Source of the DNA: Acidobacteriota bacterium
Lineage (GTDB): Bacteria > Acidobacteriota > Polarisedimenticolia > Polarisedimenticolales > Polarisedimenticolaceae
NCBI GenBank assembly: GCA_031401755.1
Contig: JANNRU010000643.1
Span: 1 to 43,940 of the forward strand
DNA length: 43,940 nucleotides
Direction: 5' to 3'
The notes beneath the pieces were generated by a model that saw only the letters and a list, made by a program, of their open reading frames with translations, was not told the origin of the DNA and searched no databases. This document shows, piece by piece, positions 30,155 to 37,522 of this stretch. The translations under genes were made by a program, and so were the position numbers. Every line of letters starts with the position of its first letter. Positions within the stretch are counted from its first letter, which is position 1.

Positions 30155-30874
30155 TCAGAGCGGCCAGATTCGGTTCATGAGGCGTTGCAACCAGCCCTGG
30201 CGTGCCGTGTCATCGAGTTCCCCGCGGCCCCAGAGCTGCACGGTGAGCTGGCCGATCATGCCCGAGGACACCTGGTTGTCCGAGTTGACGTCGACCGCCC
30301 GAACCGAGCCGACGAGGGTCAGGATCTGGCGCTCACGATTGACGACGACGGTCTTCTGTCCGGCGATGATCAGGTCGCCGTTCGGCAGTACTCGGGCAAC
30401 GCGGGCCGTGATCAGGCCGCTGAGCTGGCTGGAGCGGGTAGTTCGTCCGTCGCCGGCGAACACCGAATCGCTTTTTCCGCTCAGCAGGGGCGAGATCCCG
30501 AACTTCCCCGGTACCTGGGTTGGACCTTCCAGGCCGAAGGCTACGCTCGCGCCCATCTCCACACCCGAGGTGCGGTTGAGATCGGTCTGGGACTCGTTCG
30601 TTCCCAGCGAGCGCTCGTCGACCCGGATCGTCAACAGATCATTCGTGCGATAGGCGCGCGTGTCGCGGAACAGGGCGGCTCCCGGACCGCCGTCGGTCCA
30701 GAGCGAACCCGAAGAGGATGCGGGGGTCGGGAACGGGGGAAGCAGTTCGATCTCCCGAAGCACACTTTGCAGGTCGTTCTCCAGTGTGACCTCGGGAGCG
30801 CGGCGCGTGATGCAACCGCAGAAGATCAAGACCAAGGCCGCCGAAGCGGCCGTCCTCGAGATCGGTCGATTCAT
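30155..30874 (-). CDS. flgH: Flagellar L-ring lipoprotein FlgH
   Basis: Lipoprotein signal AALVLIFCGC, then NDLLTIRVDE and LITARVARVLPNGDLIIAGQK. The ATG at 30874 overlaps the flgA stop (ATGA). The longer track ORF is an upstream read-through. Confidence 0.9.
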   Translation of the reverse strand: MNRPISRTAASAALVLIFCGCITRRAPEVTLENDLQSVLREIELLPPFPTPASSSGSLWTDGGPGAALFRDTRAYRTNDLLTIRVDERSLGTNESQTDLNRTSGVEMGASVAFGLEGPTQVPGKFGISPLLSGKSDSVFAGDGRTTRSSQLSGLITARVARVLPNGDLIIAGQKTVVVNRERQILTLVGSVRAVDVNSDNQVSSGMIGQLTVQLWGRGELDDTARQGWLQRLMNRIWPL

Positions 30875-31560
30875 TCCTGACTCCTCCAGGCTGAGTTCGG
30901 ACGCGAGATGACCAGGGCGCCGTCGGCAGTGACGCGACCGGTGACCAGGGTTCCGCTGGACGTATTCAGCGCCGGAACGAGATCTCCAGGTGCTCCGTCG
31001 GCACGCGCGGTCCCCGCAGCCACGACCGTCAATCCGTGAGTCATGTATCGCAATTCGACCGGCCGACCGCGATGGACCACCGGTGCCGGGCCAAACAGAT
31101 CCGCGGTCAAGCACCGTCCGGCGCCGAGCGTTCGCAGCGGTACGCGGTCGACGAGCCCGTCCGGATCGCGCAGCGGCGTCCCGGTCGCCCGCGTCAAGTC
31201 GCATTCGCGCAGTTCGAGGTCGGCACTTGAGACCGCGCTGCCGCGTCGAAGTGCGCGGCGGGCGACGAGTGCCGGACCGCGCACGACGCCGCGGGCGGTG
31301 GCGAGCGTTTCGCGCACGGGACTCCCGTCGCTTGCGCGCACGCGGAGCCGCAACCGGGCGCGGCCCGACAGGTCCGGGCCCGTGGCCTCGACGAGCTCGT
31401 ACCGTTCGCCGGGTGCCAGGGAATCCTCGGTGACGCTGACCGAGACGACCTCGAATCGATCGGGCGCGGCGACGAGCCGTTCGGCCATCGCCGTCGGGTC
31501 GTCCGTGTTCGCCGCGAGGGAGGCGACCAGCAGGCCGATGATCTGTACCGGGGTGCGCAT
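30871..31560 (-). CDS. flgA: Flagellar P-ring formation chaperone FlgA
   Basis: Signal peptide. SAF-like C-terminal domain: VHRGRPVELRYMTHGLTVVAAGTARADGAPGDLVPALNTSSGTLVTGRV. Position is between flgG and flgH. Confidence 0.8.
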   Translation of the reverse strand: MRTPVQIIGLLVASLAANTDDPTAMAERLVAAPDRFEVVSVSVTEDSLAPGERYELVEATGPDLSGRARLRLRVRASDGSPVRETLATARGVVRGPALVARRALRRGSAVSSADLELRECDLTRATGTPLRDPDGLVDRVPLRTLGAGRCLTADLFGPAPVVHRGRPVELRYMTHGLTVVAAGTARADGAPGDLVPALNTSSGTLVTGRVTADGALVISRPNSAWRSQE

Positions 31561-32348
31561 CAGCGGATGATGTTGTTGACCTGTTGCATCATGTCGTCCG
31601 CGGTCCGAATCGTGCGCGAGTTCAACTCGTACGCACGCTGCGCGGCGATCATGTCCACCAGCTCGTTGACGATGCTGACGTTTGAGATCTCGAGGAAGCC
31701 CTGCTGCAGCTCTCCTAGTCCCTCGAGCCCCGGCGTTCCGTCGACCGGATCGCCCGACGCGGAGGTCTGCTGGAACAGATTGCCGCCCAGGCTCAACAGG
31801 CCGGTCGGATTGATGAAGTTGGCCAACTCGATTTGGCCGATCTCGGTCGAGCCGGTCTGGCCTGCCTGGGTGACGCTGACCGTTCCGTCCCGGCCGATCG
31901 CGACCGTCGTCGCATCGCTCGGGATCGTGATCGGCGGGTCGAGCGCATAGCCCTGCGCGCTGACGAGCTGACCGTCTCCGTTCGTGGTGAACGAGCCATC
32001 TCGTGTGTAGCCCGTGGTGCCGTCCGGCCGCAGCACCTTGAAAAAGCCGCTACCCTCGACGACGACGTCGAGTGGATTGTCGGTCTTCTTCATGTCGCCC
32101 TGGCTGAAGATCTTCTTCACCGACGACGTGGCCACGCCCAGGCCGAGTTGCACCCCGGCCGGTCGTTCCGTCGTGGCCGACGTCGGAGACCCCGGCGCTT
32201 CGACGGTCTGGTAGAGCAGATCGTGGAATTCCGCGCGGCTGCGCTTGAACCCGCTCGTGTTGACGTTCGCCAAGTTGTTGGCGATCGTGTCAATCTGCAG
32301 CTGCTGCGCCTGCATCCCTGAAGCAGCACTCCAAACGGCTCTCTGCAT
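31560..32348 (-). CDS. flgG: Flagellar distal rod protein FlgG
   Basis: N-terminus IANNLANVNTSGFKRSRAEFHDLLYQ. C-terminus ISNVSIVNELVDMIAAQRAYELNSRTI. Confidence 0.95.
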   Translation of the reverse strand: MQRAVWSAASGMQAQQLQIDTIANNLANVNTSGFKRSRAEFHDLLYQTVEAPGSPTSATTERPAGVQLGLGVATSSVKKIFSQGDMKKTDNPLDVVVEGSGFFKVLRPDGTTGYTRDGSFTTNGDGQLVSAQGYALDPPITIPSDATTVAIGRDGTVSVTQAGQTGSTEIGQIELANFINPTGLLSLGGNLFQQTSASGDPVDGTPGLEGLGELQQGFLEISNVSIVNELVDMIAAQRAYELNSRTIRTADDMMQQVNNIIR

Positions 32349-32368
32349 CGTACTCTCCTAGAATTGGG

Positions 32369-32400
32369 GACAGGCACTGAATTTCGATTCGGTGCCTGTC
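32369..32400 (-). other. Intercistronic hairpin between flgF and flgG
   Basis: GACAGGCAC (32369-32377) pairs with GTGCCTGTC (32392-32400), a 9-bp perfect stem with a 14-nt loop. It lies in the 57-nt spacer just upstream of the flgG SD. Confidence 0.5.
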
Positions 32401-32405
32401 TCCAT

Positions 32406-33137
32406 TTATCCGGCAATCTCGGTCACGGCTTTGCGGTTGACGTCGTTCATGGTCATCGAGACGATCCGTTGGTAGCTCTCGAAGGCACGCTGGGCCTCGA
32501 CAAGCAAGACCAGCTCGCTGATCGGGTTGGCGGCGGAGCCTTCGAGCCAACCCGGATCCAGTTGCTTGGTGGCGACCGGTTTCAGACGGTCGTCGTCGCC
32601 AGCGGCGGTCAACAGGTTGTTGCCCTCGGGGCGTAGCACCTGTTCGGGATCGGAAACGACGAGCAGTTCGCCGCGTGCCTGGTCGCCATCGAAGATCTGG
32701 CCGTCGGCGGTGATCGTCGCGGCCTGCGTCAGTCCGCCGATCGGCTGTTCTCCCGAGCCGAGCACGCGTCGCCCCCCGGAGTCGATCAACTCGCCCGACT
32801 CGGAAACGCCAAGCGCCCCGTTTCGCGTGTATCGACGACCCGCCGGGGTCTCAACGGCGAACAACGCACCCTCGGGAAGGGCGACGTCGAGCCCGCGGCC
32901 CGTGGGACGGCTGGGCCCGGGTCCCGGTGCCTCGTAGGCACCGCCGAGCGCGACCGCGCGATTGACTGCGGCCAGCTCCGGTGACGCGCCCGGGTCGAGC
33001 GCTTCGAAGATCGCCGAGAACGAGCGCTGCGAGCGGTAACCGCTCGTGGAAAGGTTCGCCAAGTTGTTGGCGATCATCTCCACGCGGCGCTCCTCGACCA
33101 AGAGACCCGAGGCGGCGACGTAGAATTGGCTGTTCAT
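32406..33137 (-). CDS. flgF: Flagellar proximal rod protein FlgF
   Basis: N-terminus IANNLANLSTSGYRS. C-terminus SAANPISELVLLVEAQRAFESYQRIV. The ATG at 33137 has a GAAGGAG SD. Confidence 0.88.
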   Translation of the reverse strand: MNSQFYVAASGLLVEERRVEMIANNLANLSTSGYRSQRSFSAIFEALDPGASPELAAVNRAVALGGAYEAPGPGPSRPTGRGLDVALPEGALFAVETPAGRRYTRNGALGVSESGELIDSGGRRVLGSGEQPIGGLTQAATITADGQIFDGDQARGELLVVSDPEQVLRPEGNNLLTAAGDDDRLKPVATKQLDPGWLEGSAANPISELVLLVEAQRAFESYQRIVSMTMNDVNRKAVTEIAG

Positions 33138-33160
33138 CGGGCTCCTTCGCAGGTACCGCA

Positions 33161-33178
33161 TGTCAAGCTCCGTGCCAA
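33161..33178 (-). promoter_or_regulatory. Sigma54-like promoter candidate upstream of flgF
   Basis: The minus strand reads TTGGCACGGAGCTTGACA. TGGCACG is a perfect -24 box. The -12 box is TTGA instead of TTGC. It ends 23 nt upstream of the flgF ATG. Confidence 0.35.
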
Positions 33179-33242
33179 CCGGCGAGACCGCGTCGTTACG
33201 GCATAAACCGACCGCCAGGCGAATGTCGACACCTGCCGCCGG

Positions 33243-33267
33243 CAAAAACCGGCCGGTTCACCGGCCG
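33243..33267 (-). terminator. Rho-independent terminator ending the fliR...fliN-orf operon
   Basis: The minus strand reads CGGCCGG-TGAA-CCGGCCG followed by GTTTTTG. It begins 16 nt after the stop of the 113-aa gene. Confidence 0.65.
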
Positions 33268-33282
33268 TGAATGGCCGCGCGC

Positions 33283-33624
33283 TCATCGACCCACCGAGCG
33301 CGCCCGGGCGGACTGTTCGGCGCGCTCGGCTTCGAGGATCCACTCGTCGAGTGCGCGTCCGCTCATCGGGGACTCGCTGCGCTTGCGCCAGCGCGCGACG
33401 CGCGCAGCCAGATCGGCCTCACCGCGCGAGCTGAAGTCGTCAGCAGACGTTGTCGATGGCGTGGGCATCGAACGTTCGTCGACGAGTAGCGATGCAGCCG
33501 GCGAACCAACCGATCGACGTCGACGGAACACCACGCGCGAACGCGAGGCCAGCCAGAGTGCGATCGCGAACAAGTTCGCGATCGCCAGCCCGACGAGAAA
33601 CCGGGGTTCCGTGAGTAGGTTCAT
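33283..33624 (-). CDS. Single-pass membrane protein of unknown function in the position usually held by fliO
   Basis: TM segment FLVGLAIANLFAIALWLA, then an Arg-rich, low-complexity tail. The ATG overlaps the fliN stop (ATGA at 33621-33624). The FliO core motif is not recognisable. Confidence 0.55.
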   Translation of the reverse strand: MNLLTEPRFLVGLAIANLFAIALWLASRSRVVFRRRRSVGSPAASLLVDERSMPTPSTTSADDFSSRGEADLAARVARWRKRSESPMSGRALDEWILEAERAEQSARARSVGR

Positions 33625-33911
33625 GATCGGGACTCCATGGTCGACCGCGCGCCGAGATCGGCGATGCGGCGTTGTGTCGATTCCGTGACACGGAAACCGA
33701 AATGGCCCTCGACCACGACGAGCTCGCCGGTGGCGACGATCGCGCCGTTAACTACGAGCTGCACCGGACCATCGGGATTTCTGGCAAGGGGCAGTGTGTG
33801 GCCCGGCTCGAGGTCGAGAAGTTTCTCGAGCGGGACCTCCTCCGAGGCCAGCCAAACCTCGACTGGGACCTCGAGGTCCAACAGCCCAGCGTTGCCGAGA
33901 GTGTCGCTCAT
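33621..33911 (-). CDS. fliN: Flagellar motor switch protein FliN
   Basis: SpoA domain: LDLEVPVEVWLASEEVPLEKLLDLEPGHTLPL...VVNGAIVATGELVVVEGHFGFRV. Confidence 0.92.
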   Translation of the reverse strand: MSDTLGNAGLLDLEVPVEVWLASEEVPLEKLLDLEPGHTLPLARNPDGPVQLVVNGAIVATGELVVVEGHFGFRVTESTQRRIADLGARSTMESRS

Positions 33912-34870
33912 TTCTTCTCCTTTGCTGCAGCCGGCTTACGGCCTCGTCGCCAACCAATTCGGAACGTGCCGACCCCACCGTCGCGTTCGACACGACCGGC
34001 AAACACCGTCGCGCCGTTCAGACGCAGCTCGAGCGGTGTCGTCTCCGGGGAGTCGAAGGCCAACAGCTGTCCGGACTTCAATGCCGTGAGGTCCGCGAAC
34101 GAGACGCGCCCGGCGCGCAATACCGGCCGGACGGTGATCGGGATCTTCCTGGCGACGATGCCAAGGGGCCCGACGCGCAACTCGTGCGGCAACAGATCGC
34201 GTTCATTTGGCTCGTGCAGCAGCGCCGGCGTCGCGACGAGCAATCCGCCGCGCTCCTGATCGCCGATGAAGATTCGAACCGGACTGACGCCGATCGTCTC
34301 CCCGCGCATCGCGAGCGTCACCGGGAGCGCAGTCGTACCGAACTCGCTGCGCGTCAGAACGATCCCGGTGCTGCGCGCCAAGCCCGGGGTCACCGTTTCG
34401 CAGAGGCTGGTCAGCACGCGCGATTCGAGCGGTGTCGGCCCGCGAACCTCGTCGGCGGAGTTTCCCACACCCCCGAGCGCGAGCTCGACCAGCGAAAGCG
34501 CGCAAGCCGGATCAAGGGCCAAGGCGATGCCACCCGAGTCGGCCATCAAGAACGACAACACCCAGGTCGGTGAGGCGATGGCTTCGAGCGCCGGGCCGGC
34601 CTGTTCTTGAAGGAAGCCACTCACTTCGATCCGCAAGGTCGCCTCGAGCTCACGCTCGAGTTCGGCCTGGAGCCCCGCCGCGATCCGCTCGAGTCGCTTG
34701 CGGGCCTCGGCCTCGCGGTCGGGCGCGATGGCCACGGGTCGACGGAGCGAGTAGGTGCGCACGGCGGCGTTGGCGGAAGTCGACTTGTCGGCCGCAGCCA
34801 GCGCGGTATCTTCTCCGACGGAGAGCACGCTGGCCACTTCTTCAGGTCGCAGCAGGGGACCTTTGCTCAT
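33908..34870 (-). CDS. fliM: Flagellar motor switch protein FliM
   Basis: N-terminal CheY-P-binding-like LLRPEEVASVL. FliM middle domain (RTYSLRRP..., LALDPACALSLVELALGG). C-terminal SpoA-like segment. Start/stop coupled to fliA and fliN. Confidence 0.9.
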   Translation of the reverse strand: MSKGPLLRPEEVASVLSVGEDTALAAADKSTSANAAVRTYSLRRPVAIAPDREAEARKRLERIAAGLQAELERELEATLRIEVSGFLQEQAGPALEAIASPTWVLSFLMADSGGIALALDPACALSLVELALGGVGNSADEVRGPTPLESRVLTSLCETVTPGLARSTGIVLTRSEFGTTALPVTLAMRGETIGVSPVRIFIGDQERGGLLVATPALLHEPNERDLLPHELRVGPLGIVARKIPITVRPVLRAGRVSFADLTALKSGQLLAFDSPETTPLELRLNGATVFAGRVERDGGVGTFRIGWRRGRKPAAAKEKK

Positions 34871-35652
34871 CTCGTCTCTCGCTTTCCGTCGGAGGCCATC
34901 GCGGGCCGCAGGCGCGCGCCGACGGCGACGCGCAGCCGCGCTGTCGCCTGTGAGTGGATCTGACAGATGCGCGACTCGGTGACCGCGAGCACCGCGCCGA
35001 TTTCTTTTAAAGTCAGGCCTTCGACGTAGTACAACTCGAGAATCCGACGTTCGCGCTCGGGAAGCTCGGCGATCGCCTCGGCCAGCAGCGCAACTCGTTC
35101 CCGACGCTCGAAGGGTCCGTCCGGAGGGTCAGTCAGCGATACCAGATGGTCGGACTCGCCATCGCCCGTCAGCTCGTCGAGTGAGAGCAGCGGGCCCGTC
35201 GCCGCATCGGCGAGCAGCGCGCGATAGGCCGGCAGTTCGAGGCCCAGCTGCTCCGCGATCTCTTCTTCGGTCGGCGTCCGCCCGAGCCGTCCAGCAAGCG
35301 TCGCTATCGCCGCGTCAATCGAGCGCCGCATGCGCCGGACCGAGCGCGGCCGCCAATCCTTCTTGCGCAATCCGTCGAGGATCGCGCCCCGCACGCGTGC
35401 TTCCGCGTAGGTTCGGAAGCGCGCCCCCTGCGCTGGATCAAAGCGATCGCAAGCGTCGAGTAACCCGAGTACCCCGTCATGAATCAAGTCGTCGAGCTCG
35501 ACACTGGCCGGCAGCCGCGGGTGGATGCGCAACGCGACATAGCGCACGAGGTCGACGTGCGACTCGACAAATCGGCCGCGCTCGATGGAGGAGGGATCCC
35601 GGACTCCCGGAGTCCACCCCAAGGGCTCGTGCTGCGAGGTCAATGCGACCAC
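34867..35652 (-). CDS. fliA: Flagellar sigma factor FliA (sigma28)
   Basis: Region 2: DLIHDGVLGLLDACDRFDPAQGARFRTYAEARVRGAILD. Region 4: LTLKEIGAVLAVTESRICQIHSQA. GTG start overlapping the flhG 3' end. Confidence 0.9.
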   Translation of the reverse strand: MVALTSQHEPLGWTPGVRDPSSIERGRFVESHVDLVRYVALRIHPRLPASVELDDLIHDGVLGLLDACDRFDPAQGARFRTYAEARVRGAILDGLRKKDWRPRSVRRMRRSIDAAIATLAGRLGRTPTEEEIAEQLGLELPAYRALLADAATGPLLSLDELTGDGESDHLVSLTDPPDGPFERRERVALLAEAIAELPERERRILELYYVEGLTLKEIGAVLAVTESRICQIHSQATARLRVAVGARLRPAMASDGKRETR

Positions 35653-36485
35653 TCCGGTGTCGCCTCGGGCAACAAGCGATCCCAGTAGCAGTTCGTGCGC
35701 TGCGCGCCGCGGTCACCGAGTGTCAGTCGCAGCGCCAGTTGCTCGTAGCAGCGACCGGCGCGGCTATCGGGAAACAGCTCGACGAGCGATTTCTGTCGCC
35801 TGACGGCCTCGGGTAGCTTCGGATCGGTGTAAACCGCGCCGAGCCATCCCGGCTCGCGCCCGAGGAAGTGGCGCGCGGCCTTGGCGATCTGTTCGTAGGC
35901 GCGCAGCGCCTCCTCTTCGCTGTCCGTCGCATTGACCACCACGTCGACGGGTTTGACGGGGTCGGCGGCCCATAGAACCTTGAGCGAGGCGTAGGCGTCG
36001 ACGAGCGACGTCGGCTCGGGTGTCGTGACCAGCAGCACTCTCCCGGCGGCAAGTTGGAGCGACAGCGTCGTCTCCCCCAGCCCGGCGCCTGTGTCGACGA
36101 TCAGGTCATCTACGCTGCGGCTTCCCTCCGCCAGCGCGGCGATCAGTCGGCGCCGCGACGCGGGATCGAGACTCGACAGCTCGGGAATCCCGGACGCCGC
36201 GGGCAATATTCGAACGCCCAACGGGCCGTCGAGCAACACCTCGTTGAGCGTGGCCTCGCCACGGATCAGGTGTTCGACGTTGCGCTTGGGAATCAACCCC
36301 AGCAGCACGTCGATGTTGGCCAAGCCGAGGTCGCCGTCGACGACCAGGACCCGACGACCCCAGCGCGCGAGCGAGACGGCGAGATTGACCACGAGATTGC
36401 TCTTGCCGACGCCGCCCTTGCTGCCGGTTACCGCGAGCGCGACCGGGGCCGAGCGTGAGGTGGAGACGAGTGTCGTATCGATCAT
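35640..36485 (-). CDS. flhG: MinD/ParA-family flagellar number regulator FlhG (FleN/YlxH)
   Basis: Deviant Walker A VTGSKGGVGKSNLVVNLA. VLVVDGDLGLANIDVLLG. Position is between flhF and fliA. Confidence 0.88.
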   Translation of the reverse strand: MIDTTLVSTSRSAPVALAVTGSKGGVGKSNLVVNLAVSLARWGRRVLVVDGDLGLANIDVLLGLIPKRNVEHLIRGEATLNEVLLDGPLGVRILPAASGIPELSSLDPASRRRLIAALAEGSRSVDDLIVDTGAGLGETTLSLQLAAGRVLLVTTPEPTSLVDAYASLKVLWAADPVKPVDVVVNATDSEEEALRAYEQIAKAARHFLGREPGWLGAVYTDPKLPEAVRRQKSLVELFPDSRAGRCYEQLALRLTLGDRGAQRTNCYWDRLLPEATPEWSH

Positions 36486-37513
36486 TTGTGGGCCTCATTG
36501 GCGCCGGTGCCCGGGTTGCCGGCGCGCAGCAGGAGCGCGGCGAGCCGTTGTGGCGTCGCCGGTTCGAGATCGTCGGGCACACGATGGCCCGTGGTCAGAA
36601 AGCCGAGCGGCAGCCGCCGTTCGGCGATGGCAGTCAGGCACTCTCCGGGACGCGAGCCGTCGTCGGTCCGGGAGAGCGCGGCGATCGTCGGACGGAGCGT
36701 TGAAAACCGATCACAGGCCTCGCGTGCGTCCTGATGATGCAGCCCCGCCGGAACGAGCACGACCAGCTCGGCCAGCGGCGCCACGTGGCGCAGAGATTCC
36801 GTTGCGGAGAACCGCTCGCGGTCTCGACGCCCGATGCCCGGCGTGTCGATGAAAACGGTCGTGCGATCGTTGGCGCGGTGAAGGATCGCGGCAAGATCGT
36901 CGGGCGTGCGAACGATTCGGTGCTCGACGCCGAGGTGGCGTGCGTAGATCGCCGACTGCTCGATCGCTCCGACGCGATCGACATCCGACTGCGCCACGAT
37001 GACCGTGCGCCTGGCCTCGAACACGGCTCGCGCAGCAAGCTTGGCCACGGTCGTCGTCTTGCCCGCCCCAGCCGGCCCGACCACGAACACCACGGGCGCC
37101 GCGAACGGCGGATCCGTCGTCGGCACGAGCGCGGCGATCGCTTCCGCCGCCGCCACCGCCAACCGCGCCGCGGTCGCCGGTGCCAAGTCCCGCTGCGTCA
37201 CCCGAGCGAACCGCTCCACCAGATCCCGCGACAACCCCGCCGCGACGAGCGCTTCACAAATGGGGTCCGTCACCTTTTCCGCCGCGCCCGTCGGTGGCAA
37301 GCTCGATCCCGGCGACCGCTCGGGCCGCGGAGAAATTCGCTCCTGTCCCCATTTCTCGGCTCGAGGGGAGGCGACGGTCAGTTCGACGGCGGGGAGGCCC
37401 TGGGGGCTCTTGAATTCGTTGGTGGCGAGGACGAGGGCGTCGGGGCCGAACTCGGCGTGGGCTTGGGCGAGGGCCGTGGCCAAGTCCGGGGCTCTGAAGG
37501 TCTTGAGCAACAT
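36482..37513 (-). CDS. flhF: SRP-type GTPase FlhF
   Basis: N-terminal B-domain start MLLKTFRAPDLATALAQAHAEFGPDALVL. G1 VVGPAGAGKTTT. G3 FIDTPG. Position is after flhA. Confidence 0.88.
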   Translation of the reverse strand: MLLKTFRAPDLATALAQAHAEFGPDALVLATNEFKSPQGLPAVELTVASPRAEKWGQERISPRPERSPGSSLPPTGAAEKVTDPICEALVAAGLSRDLVERFARVTQRDLAPATAARLAVAAAEAIAALVPTTDPPFAAPVVFVVGPAGAGKTTTVAKLAARAVFEARRTVIVAQSDVDRVGAIEQSAIYARHLGVEHRIVRTPDDLAAILHRANDRTTVFIDTPGIGRRDRERFSATESLRHVAPLAELVVLVPAGLHHQDAREACDRFSTLRPTIAALSRTDDGSRPGECLTAIAERRLPLGFLTTGHRVPDDLEPATPQRLAALLLRAGNPGTGANEAHK

Positions 37514-37522
37514 CGCCCGGAT

